NCBI RefSeq assembly: GCF_001194135.2
Contig: NC_068987.1
Location: 1,227,572 to 1,291,571 of the forward strand
Direction of reading: 5' to 3'
DNA: 64,000 bases
From: Octopus bimaculoides
Lineage: Eukaryota
Positions 52,878-64,000 of this stretch are shown here, in pieces (position 1 is the stretch's first letter; every line of letters starts with the position of its first letter). Under the pieces are notes generated by a model that was not told the origin of the DNA, made no database searches, and saw only the letters and a program-made list of their open reading frames with translations. The translations under genes and the position numbers were made by a program.

Positions 52878-54250
52878 GAGTTAGTATCAAAAGCATAAAC
52901 AAGAGTAGCCAATATTTCTGAATTCATGGAATATGTGAAAGACAAGCCAGTAAACAGCTAGGTAGATATTTCTCAATATTTAAACAAATGCAACTCGGAA
53001 GATTTCTCCAAGACTGCGGAAAATTTATTAAGTGATTTGACAAATTAACCGTAGGAATACATATCTAAATATATAATCAATCTTTGATGAGTTTCTTTAT
53101 TTCTCGTAACGAGAACAATGACAGAGATGTTTAACGTATTAAAATATTCATCCCACAATTACGATAATTCTTCAAACAACAATCTCATTTGTACATCAAT
53201 TTCCGTGAATGTCATGAATTCTCTATATATTTATATTATAATCGTTTGTGGTGGACCATGTCCATCTGACCAAACTTGATTGTTTATTCATTTTCAACTT
53301 AAACCACCAAAATTTGTTATCAGAGAGTCACAAGTCCAGAAATATGAGGGGAAAGGGACATTTTACTGAATCTTACTCACCACTTGACTGATAAGAAGAT
53401 GAAACGCGAAGTTGCATTCGAAGCGACACAAAGTACCAGAACAAATCCCTCAAAATAGTTTTCTTGACGCTCAAACGTTTCAACCACTTACTCACCTCTG
53501 CACCTACAATAAAATTCCGATATGCTCCCACACAACACCTGCACGCTGGTCCATACAGCCATTTCTGACAACACTTCATAGGATTACATTTCACCATATT
53601 AACGTTTTATCACATGTTTCTCTCCATTTCGTTTCTGCTCGTTCATTTGTTACCGGCCGATTACTGTTTTATATTATCTTTTTATTTTTATTTTGGAAGA
53701 ATATCATCCAAATCATCGAATGTACACCTTTGCCTTTATAATACCTGTTCTTCCTGCACTTTTTAGGCTTCCGTGTGCGCGTGTGTTCGTGCGTGAATGT
53801 GCATGTGCGCGCGCATATGACTATATGTACTCATATATGATATATATTTATAGATAGATATATACGTATATATAATAACACACACACACACACACACACA
53901 TATATATGTATAAATAATCATAAGTATAGCCCAAAAGAAGTAAAAACCAAATTGAAAAATTCTTTATGGTCACAGCCGTTCCATCACTGAGAACGGATGT
54001 GAGCCTTCAGACTTAAATGCTATTTTGCCTCTCACTTCACCTGATATTTAATGATTATTATGTACACTACAGTAATAATATTACTGATAGGGGTTTTCTT
54101 AATTTTTCAGGAGCGTAGTTAAGTTAAATATCTCCTGGGTTTTATTATTGTTTAACCTGATAGTTGGTTTGTAGCTTCAATGTTTACCACGACTGAGCTT
54201 ACTTGTATGCATGAAACTATATATGAATCTATACATGTATCTATATATGA

Positions 54251-54285
<35 letters not shown>

Positions 54286-54309
54286 AGTATATGTGTGTGT
54301 GTGTGTGTG

Positions 54310-54340
<31 letters not shown>

Positions 54341-54392
54341 ATTAGTGAAGTTAGTTTTAACTAATATTATTCCCTTTTTCTTCTATTTTCAG

Positions 54393-54735
54393 GCCGTGAA
54401 CCCGAGTGAAAACAGATACCTTTACAAGTGTCATTGTAGCATATACGAAGGTGATCGGATGTTACTTCAATTAACCTTAACGCCATCGTCGATGTTACGA
54501 CCATAACAGTTGATATTCTTAATGACATAAACTAATTAAGCCTCAATTTAAAGGCAGAGATCTGAGTTGAATTAGTAAATTGCCAGTAAAATTGGACGTA
54601 GAAAACAACAACAATCTCAGTTACAACAACAATAACTATTACTACTACTGCTCCTATCACCTCCACCATCAGCGATGTGTACGCCTTCCTATATATTCCT
54701 TGTTCTCTTTATCGCATTCACTGACAAAATCAAAG
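54393..54735 (+). other. Candidate spliced exon (5' UTR plus start of CDS)
   Basis: Branch-like CTAAT at 54361, polypyrimidine tract ttccctttttcttctattttcag (AG 54391-92), and consensus donor AAG|GTAAGT at 54735/54736. An alternative acceptor ccaccatcag| at 54672 would give a 63-nt exon. Confidence 0.5.
54675..54735 (+). CDS. Putative signal-peptide exon MCTPSYIFLVLFIAFTDKIK(G/A/D/E/V), phase-1 intron; product unknown
   Basis: First ATG after an in-frame TAA; hydrophobic core YIFLVLFIAF; 61 nt to the GTAAGT donor. No recognisable downstream exon in the window. Confidence 0.4.
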
Positions 54736-56668
54736 GTAAGTCTCTATATATTAGTCTCTATTCGCCTTCCCTGTGTTTGTTGAAGTCTTAATCCTATTTA
54801 GAACCGATGATTCTACAGTGTCCTTTTGCATTGCTTTTCTGTTTCAGCTTAACAGAACATTGTTTTTGTGTGCCATATAAAATTATTATTAAATAAACAG
54901 GAATGATTATTGCGATATATTGCTGGTGGCAACGTGTATCTTTTTCTAAAGAATGGACACCGCATTTATGATGTATTAGAACACAAGATAAAACTTTAAA
55001 TACTTAACAAAATATATATTTAAATGTTTACGCATTTGTATATATTGCGCTTTGTTTAAGAAGTGAAAGCAAAATGATACAATTTGTTTTTTACCAAAAA
55101 TTATATTTCTAGCTTTACATAATTTTATTTCATGAATTTATGATTTCATTATTGATTAGTATGCTTGTGTGTGTATGTGTGTTTGTGTGACGTTGCTTGT
55201 AATTGCTCTCCTGGTGATTCTATAGCATTGACAAATTCAGCTAGCTGGAACGAGTCAAAGACTAAAAGATTTCTTTGTGTCTCCTGACTCACCTTTATTT
55301 TACTGAATCAGTTTTATGAAGCGATTCATTTTGTTGCCGTTACGATTTTTTGAGAGATTTATTTGGAATTCTATCCTGATATGTTGTTTGTTTTTTTTAA
55401 TTTAGATAATTAGCCTTACAAAAGGAACAATATAATTATAAACGACATTGTTGAACAAGATTGTCCCATCATTCAGACAGAAAAAACCTCTATGTCTGAT
55501 GAAATGTCTTCAGCTCTAGGAATTCATAACTTTGCATCCTGGCATTTCCGTCACAAAATATTTTAACAGCTAATCTATAATCCCAACAGGAACTAAAGTT
55601 TCAGCCAAATTAGTATGTCATACACTTTTTAATGTGCATAATGTTACGATTAGTATCACCTGCCTAAAGAACATCTCTCCGATATCATCTCGCAATCACT
55701 CCCCGGCAACAAAAAAAGTTATACGTCTACGCAAGATTTCCTCCACGCACCTGCTTGCTCCTCACGAAAGCAATCCACTTTCCTGTCACTTGATGGGATT
55801 TTGGTTTCTTAAAAGTGTATTGATAGGGTAACTCTTAATACTCTTGATGGTATCGTAAGTAATTATGCAGGAATCGATGTCAATGACTTCAAGAAAACAT
55901 TCATTCAGCATATGCACACCTTCGGGGAACCTGTGCATGTACGTGGATTGCGCTAGGAATCACGCCTTAAAACAGCACCACGTTTGATTATACGATCCTT
56001 CTGCGCGCGCGTGTGTATGAGAGGGAGAGAGAGAGAGAGAGAGATCTTTATTGCTAAATAAGTTGATATACTACTGGAACATCTTTGACAACACGAACAA
56101 GACCTTTCACAAAAAAGTTACTGAAGGTCAGCGACAACACCAACGCTAAAATCATCAGAACAAACACAACTGTCCAAGGTCAGAATTGGTCCTTTATATT
56201 ATGAATTCTTCTGTTAGAAATACCTGCCAAATCTTCATATCACTCGTTGCTTCCAAAAACGAGTGACATTGAAGAATTTAGCCCTGAATATATTACGGTT
56301 AAAACAAGATAGGGATGCCAGGGCTGAAATGCGTCGTCCATGTCAAAGCTAGCTTTGGCAGACCACATAAAGAATAACAATGTGTACAGAAGAAACAAAC
56401 GTATTTACGAGATAATCAATGAAAAGAATCTAAACACCCAGTGTTCGGCGGCGCAACAGCACTACTATTAATCACTCTATGAAATTCAATTAATTTTAAT
56501 GCTACTGCAAAGCTTCATTCTGCAAATCGTATATCAACTTATTTAGCAATAAAGATACAACATCTTCAAATGAACCACATCAAAGAATTTACACTTCACT
56601 GCTCCGACATTTTATAATTAACAAAACTAACTAAGGTAAAAGATTATGTAAAATCAGTAGCAGCAGTA

Positions 56669-56711
<43 letters not shown>

Positions 56712-57613
56712 GTATATCTATATATCTATCTCTATTTCTGTCTGTCTGTCTCCCTCTGTAAATATAGAATATATGTGTATGTGTGAGTGTCTGTAAACTT
56801 ATATATGTGTCTATGCATATATGTGTGTATACATATATGTATGAGTGTATATATTTATAAGTGTGTGAATGTATATATATATATATATATATATACCAAT
56901 ACATGCACATCAATTTCCTGACTATTCTCTCTATTTGTCGTTCTTTCTCTCTTCGTCTCACCCTCTCCCATTTGCACATATTTATGCACATATATACACN
57001 NNNNNNNNNNNNNNNNNNNNNNNNNNNNNNNNNNNNNNNNNNNNNNNNNNNNNNNNNNNNNNNNNNNNNNNNNNNNNNNNNNNNNNNNNNNNNNNNNNNN
57101 NNNNNNNNNNNNNNNNNNNNNNNNNNNNNNNNNNNNNNNNNNNNNNNNNNNNNNNNNNNNNNNNNNNNNNNNNNNNNNNNNNNNNNNNNNNNNNNNNNNN
57201 NNNNNNNNNNNNNNNNNNNNNNNNNNNNNNNNNNNNNNNNNNNNNNNNNNNNNNNNNNNNNNNNNNNNNNNNNNNNNNNNNNNNNNNNNNNNNNNNNNNN
57301 NNNNNNNNNNNNNNNNNNNNNNNNNNNNNNNNNNNNNNAAACACATATATACGCACATTCATACGGAGTTACATACTCCGACATGTACTGTATACACCTA
57401 CATATATACATAGATGATACATACATGCATAAATGCAGTCGTATACAGAACATATTAATGTACACGTTTGCATATCTATATATACACACACATATATACA
57501 TACCCTACACATAGTTGTATATATAGATAGATGCGTACATATAGACATACATGCACACATACAAGGTCGGATAGTCTTAAACACGAACATATTTACATAC
57601 TTATGTGCATAAG

Positions 57614-57645
<32 letters not shown>

Positions 57646-57646
57646 G

Positions 57647-57677
<31 letters not shown>

Positions 57678-57997
57678 TGTGTGTGTATATATCTATATAT
57701 ATGCATGTATAGATTCATAGACACTGTATATGTGTACATCAACTGCGGCAGACGACCATTCATTTACGTTTCCCAGTTAAAACCTGTTATACATCGGTTG
57801 GCTGCATTGATGCATAAAAAGACTGGTCGCTTGCGGTGACATATGGAAATACGTTACTGCTGTGAATTGGTTGCTATTGAAGAATTCCATCAATGCCTAT
57901 ATTGGCGTATAGTAGCAAGATAGAACAATGTTTTGGTTAGAATGGGGATTATTATGGTTTATTAATTATTCCCTGCCTATTCCCTAAGCTTTTTTTC

Positions 57998-58031
<34 letters not shown>

Positions 58032-58654
58032 GGAAAGAAATGGTTTATTTGCGGTCGATTATCTGTGGTAGCTGATCAAAGGATTGCAGATTTACACATG
58101 CAACCCTGTGTGACATACAAGATTCTAATTATATTCACAAATCTCCTGTTAGTAACAGAAAATAACACATTGAAATGACTGAGCGATCAGAATAAGTGTC
58201 CAACAGGAGAACACTGAGTTTGTAGCGTAGTTATCCATCTATGTGATTTAATAACCATATAACAATACTAATAGTAATGACAACAACAACAATAATAATA
58301 CTTTCTTTTATTGGCCACAAGGGCTGAAAACAAAGAAAATAGGAACAATATAATACAAGGGACAAGTGGGGTGCTGAACAATGTCCAGTATACAATAAGT
58401 AACAAAAAATAGCAAAACAATTTAACAATGAAAATTCCAGTGACTATTCCAGTTATTTGATTAAACGGCTCCCTGCCCCCCCCCCCCACGCATGTAGTGT
58501 AATTCACGAGTATAGTCAACGTGATATGGTGTGGGGTTTCGCTGGACTTTTGAAAATACAAATCCTATCTCTGCAAAGCGTTTTTGTAGAGTTTCAGGTA
58601 GAACAAAAAATCAAAATGAAAAAAAGAAGTCTCGAATATTGCTGAGTGAAAGCG

Positions 58655-58712
58655 AACTCAGATTTTTCTAAATGCAGGCTGAACACATTAACCACTCGGC
58701 CATCTCTTTCCT
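58655..58712 (-). mobile_element. Isolated tRNA-like SINE head
   Basis: Minus strand TGGCCGAGTGGTTAA (A-box) ... GAGTTCGCTTTC (degenerate B-box); no full cloverleaf. Confidence 0.4.
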
Positions 58713-60229
58713 CGATCCGCGCCCCTTCAATTATAACAGACTTGCAGATAGGCAATGACATACACATTGCGATACGTTTCATGTACGTGTTTCGCACGCT
58801 CTAGATATCACTGAAATCTATTTGTGACTATTTTGGTATTGATTAGCACCTTCAAAATCTATCCAGCAATAAATACCCTACAAAATCTACCCGTAAATAA
58901 TTACCACATACAATCTACCCGTAAATAACTACCTTTACATTTTACCTGTAAAGAACTCTTCCCTGCATACTCTACTAGCAAATCTCTTTCTTACAAACTC
59001 GTTTCCCTCGTAATTGTTGCCATAAAACCTGGAATTAAGTTCTGCTTCTTTGGCTCTGTAAATAAGAAACGGAAAAATATATTTGATGGAATCAAACGAT
59101 TTATGCAATGCCAGAAAAATCGGTCAAAGATAATTGTTTGGCTGAGCTGCAGTCTTTGATAAATGTAAATATGACAGTAGCGACATCTAGTGCGCTACTC
59201 ACAGACGACTTGTTTGATTGATTAAAGGAAGCGCGAATGTTTGCCCGATGGCTGCTGGATTCATATTCGAAAGAGTAGAATAGAGAACGAGCACACCTGC
59301 TATAGTTGTTGTTGTCGGTATTCAAACCTAGGTCTGTCCTCATGGAGAAAATATATAATCAGATGCATTCAACTTGTGACTCTCCCATCCTTTTTCCTAT
59401 TAGGAGCATGAATTTTGCTGCTATTTCTAGCATGCCGATTAAAGACGTAGTGGCTTCCTCACATGAAATAGTTGTCAGTTTACTCATTTTTGCCGGAATA
59501 GTAGAAGTGCCACTAATAATAATTTAGCGAAAATTTGATTGCTCAACAGTGTGAGTGGACAGGTCAAATTACTGGTTGAATTTCAGGTCTTATTGTACGA
59601 AACACTTTGAAATAGTTACCTTTCTCTTTGGTGATTTCGTTAAAGTTCTGCGTATGAAACAACTCATTGCTAAACACCAGTAAATATGAATGTGGATTTA
59701 TTTTTACTTTGTGTGTGAGAATATTCCTTCCTCTCTAATCTCTAAGGCTGTCTCTATATTAAGGGCGGATTAAGTGAGGTAGTTTGTTTATCTCGTTGCA
59801 TCTCTATGAAGGTGTTATTGTGAATGGGTAAATCTCATTTATGTCGCATTTATGTCGGTTATATATTTCCACCTGAAGGAAAAAGCTGATATCATCATTC
59901 CTACAAAACTGAAGAAGACGCTGTTGATATCTATTTTAGACTTAGGAAAAAAACAACAACAGCAATAACAACAAGAATAACAACAACAACAGCAGTAATA
60001 ACAGCAAAACTTTGATATAAATTACTCAGCGTGCCCTTATGCATAAAAATCAATAGCTAAGTATTGTTGAGCATATTTAATACAGTGAGTATAAACAAGA
60101 AAATTAAATATAAGAAACCCTAATGAGAAGCGAGCGGCATTTTAGGGATTTTAAGAAAACGATACGCGATATTGCCGTTGTTGTTATTATTATTTTTATC
60201 TCCTAGGGTACTGTGAAGAAAACAGACCA

Positions 60230-60390
60230 ATGTTCAAAGACGCTCCATCTATGGCCATCATGTCCTTTTCCTGTGTGTATGAAATCAAGGACCATATCCT
60301 ATGTGACCCCCGCCTTTATAAAGTTGGCAGAGTGACTTTAGGTTAGACTTGGCTGTTGTTTCTGGCACACTGAGCTACGATGTAGAAACT
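60230..60390. repeat. Dispersed unclassified repeat (family D), old fragments
   Basis: Motifs related to ttggctgytatttctagc and ccagccatgacc recur at about 170, 5280, 5410, 17770, 18010, 50840, 56310, 59410, 61820 and 63710. Class not determinable by eye. Confidence 0.45.
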
Positions 60391-61450
60391 TGTTCGTTAG
60401 TGTGATACAAAAAGACGTGATGGGCACGGATAGAGCTCATTTAATCATAAGTATGCTGAATCAAAGCTGACCAATGGTTGCAAATCAGTAGCAAATCTAC
60501 AGCAACAAGAATAAGACTATGATTTCTGAGATGGCCATAATGATCAACGTGATCATCATAAGGAGGAGGAGGAGGATGCTGATGATGATGAGGAGGAGGA
60601 GCAGGAGGATGCTCTGGATGTAAAGGTGTTGGTAACAGTGAAAGTGTAGCTTATGATTATGATGAGGAGGAGCAGGAGGGAAGAGGTTGTAGCAGGCGGA
60701 CGATAATGATGATGATCAGGTTTGGTGGTGGTGGTGGTGGTGGTGGTGAAGAACGACGTTTCAAAGTCAAGTAATACATCAAACGAAATGAAGACGGAAA
60801 GGAATCTCTCACCTCAGACGAGTGAACGAGTGTAAGGGCAGCGTCAACGACGTTGACGTCGGTGGGGGCAGTGGTGACGTCATCGGGTTGACGTTTCAGG
60901 ACGCTAAATGGCATTGATTTGTGGGTAATTTGATCGATATGGAAGGCAATTGAATTCACTTGTAAATTTTCGTGACGGTAATTAGAGGCAATAATTTCTT
61001 TGATGAGCAAACTGTCATAATGATGATGATGATGATAATGGTGGCGGTGGTGTTGGTGGTGATGATGACAATGGTGATAATGATGATGATATTGATAACG
61101 AGGAGGAGGAGGAGGAGAAAAGGTGGAAGACGATGATGATGATGGGGATCATGATGGTGGTGGTGGTGGTCGTTGTGGTAGTGGTGGTGATGATAGGGTG
61201 TTTAGTGTTTGCTATTATTAATACTGCTCATATAGTTATCATTATTCCTTGTACGGCACCTCTTTCCCCACCCCTCCCCCTCTCTATTTTCGTATAACAT
61301 TGAGCCAAGCTACTATTAATAATATCACTGCTGCTGATATTCTCGGCGGTGCTGCCGATGATGGTAACATTAATTATTGCTAACAACGTAGAGGCTGTTG
61401 TTGCTCGGATTGTCCTATAAATACACCCTTGTATAACATAACGTGATATA

Positions 61451-61481
<31 letters not shown>

Positions 61482-61502
61482 TATACACATATATATATAC
61501 AC

Positions 61503-61594
<92 letters not shown>

Positions 61595-61962
61595 TCTCTC
61601 TCTCTATATACATATATATGTATTTATATATATGAGTGTGTGTGTGAATCCCCGATTGCTGTTTCGTTCTGCTTTACTGCCATATTATCCTTCGGGTCCA
61701 CAGATCTGTGGAATCCAGTTGTTCTTATAGTTGACTGTTGTTGTTGTTGTTGTTATTGTTGTTTCTACCTTTGTTATATTTTCCTCCTTCCTTCATCCTG
61801 TAAATCTACGATGAAAGGTGTTCCGGCCATGACAACTCTATCAGTTACTACACCTTCCTCTGTCAACGAGAATATGTGAACTAAGAATATTTGACTGCTC
61901 TTTTATGCAGATTGAGTATATATATTTATCGCTATTATTATTGCCGACATTTTTAGTGGTTG

Positions 61963-62010
<48 letters not shown>

Positions 62011-62518
62011 CTCTTGTTATTGTTATCATTTATAGATTTAATGTGTTTTCATATAATTGCTGCTGCTGATGCTGTAGCTGCAGGACAGTTTAATATTGTT
62101 GCTGGTGGTGATGTTGCTGATGACAATGATGACCACCACCACCAACGCCACCACTCCGATGGTGATGATGCTGTCTCTCATAAATCATCATAAATTATGT
62201 ATTCTACAATCACAGAGAGACACAACATTTCCTTAGATTACTTTGAACAAAATATTTCCAGTTATTGATTCCCACTTTGAAGATTTCTCACAGACTTCTG
62301 TCGATGGAGTTTAGATATGATTAAGACATTATTCCCAATATTTCGCTAATATAATTAACACAACATTCCCCCAGAAGTTTTTTTTTTCTTCGATCTACAA
62401 ATCAACAATCAAAAAACGGGTTCGTCTCAAAAGAGTTATTCGATTTGGCATTAAGTCCGACCAAAAATTCTACCTCTTCACACTTAGACAACGGGAAGTA
62501 GGAGATTCTCATTTGAAA

Positions 62519-62583
<65 letters not shown>

Positions 62584-63149
62584 ACACATATACGGACACG
62601 TATATACAAAACCTACGCATACATGCACACATTGAAATCCTGTCAGTCTTCTTAATGTTACAGGTTCGTACATTTTAAACATGTTTAAAAGTTCACTCAT
62701 ATATATACATATATACATACATGTATTAATACATACATACAGACAGACAGAGACAGATTCATACACAAACAGACATACACACACGTATATGAATGTTTCA
62801 TTATTGCATGTTGTTAGAAAAAGAATTTACCTACTTCAGAAATCAATACAATTAGTTGAGTAAAATTTCATGACAATTGTCATTTAACTATTAATCAAAC
62901 CTCCATTTTAAGGGTTTCTTAAACGGTTGAAGAAACTTTTGAATTTGTACACAACCATGATTGTGAATCACGAAGCGGCAACGGTTAAAGAGTATCATGT
63001 CAAACTCTAAAAGAGTATTTAATAACATTTCAAGTTAAGTACTTTCTTTGTCTTCATCAATATCTAACTGGATAAGGCGCAAACCAATCAAACCCAAGCA
63101 ACAAAACAGTCAGTTTGAATTTCTCTCCTGATCTGAGGTTGTGAGAATT

Positions 63150-63570
63150 GTATACACTCCGGGACCGTTAGGGGCCGCCTGAGCTTCTTTGGGTACCAGG
63201 ACGCTTTGAAGGATTATGATGCACTTTGTTTTTGGGAACCAACCAATGACTTTACTCAGAAACTGAGATGTATCCTGTTATCGGTATGATTCAGGAGCGA
63301 CAACTGAGACTGTTTGGCCATGTTGCTCGATTTTCCAAGTTAGACCTTGTTTACTGTATCCTCCACTGAGGATCCAACTGGGTTGAAAGCCCCAGTTGAT
63401 CGATCACATGCCCCATGGTGAGGGCAAATGAGGGAATGAGTCGAAGAGATGGGGTCAGACTGGGACTCTACTTGATGGATAAACAGGGAAGGCCTGGAAA
63501 TATACCGACAAATAGTGAATGCAGCATCATACTGCAACGGCGTCTTCTACCCCTGACTCAAACTGTGATA
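63150..63570 (+). mobile_element. 3' fragment of an RTE-like LINE, decayed
   Basis: QERQLRLFGHVARF at 63292-63333 (R.LR.FGHV.R motif), then EDPTGLKAP resembling the P.GW.RP.GRP tail; frameshifted. Confidence 0.7.
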
Positions 63571-63954
63571 TTGTAGAGAGAGTTGAATATCGATATCACT
63601 AACTTAGCGATTCTAGTTTCATATCGAGACATGAGGCGCATTTTTGTTTGCGCAGGAGGAACATGAGGTTAAATTGGAGTCAATAACTGAAACTAATGGC
63701 AGTTTAAAATACTAGAAATAGCAGCTATATCTCTCCCAAATAATTCCTAAATCATTTGAAACATTTTTCTAAAAACTCTATAGCTGAAAAATCAAAAGAA
63801 AGATTTTTAAAAAATCAATGGCTGCGATGATCAAATATGGAGAAACTTCTACGAGAGGTTTATTTGATTAAAGAGACTGAGAGTTAAATAAATAGGAACA
63901 TCTAAAACATCAAATAGTAATATTTTGGTCTCCGCGTGTCAAGTCCTTTCTAAA

Positions 63955-64000
<46 letters not shown>

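Noticed and set aside
58884-58960. 28-bp-period imperfect tandem AATCTACCCGTAAATAA
   Set aside because: Only two good copies; an ordinary local duplication.
60540-61200. Acidic and Gly-rich reading frames (EEEEDADDDEEE, poly-G)
   Set aside because: Mixed GAG/GAT/GGT triplet repeats with frequent stops, like other low-complexity tracts at 9300-9600, 15380-15540 and 45430-45800.
63374-63401. Hairpin CAACTGGG/CCCAGTTG preceded by CTGAGGA, with GAAA in its loop
   Set aside because: Hammerhead topology is not satisfied (GAAA is in the loop and there is no stem II); it lies within the RTE relic.

Overview
This is AT-rich, microsatellite-dense animal genomic DNA from a gapped draft assembly. The repeat content suggests a coleoid cephalopod such as Octopus, which is an inference and not a database result. 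It appears intronic or intergenic, with no complete protein-coding gene, rRNA, true tRNA or CRISPR array. Nearly all ORFs in the supplied track are artefacts of microsatellites or N-gaps. Supported features are three tRNA-derived SINE families (called A, B and C here), decayed R4/Dong-type and RTE LINEs, a Penelope-like GIY-YIG relic, a DD37D (maT) and a DD34D mariner relic, a Mutator-like MITE with a 9-bp target-site duplication, and one candidate exon encoding a signal peptide (54393-54735). The most notable signal is a type I hammerhead ribozyme at 51244-51309 (+) with a complete catalytic core, three stems and a 5-bp stem I-loop II pseudoknot. It lies in sense orientation about 3 kb upstream of the candidate exon. 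Also notable are a SINE with a twin-priming-like 5' inversion and octamer plus CCAAT motifs in both arms of the MITE. These are mostly new instances of known element classes; the sequence alone does not establish a wholly new biological system.
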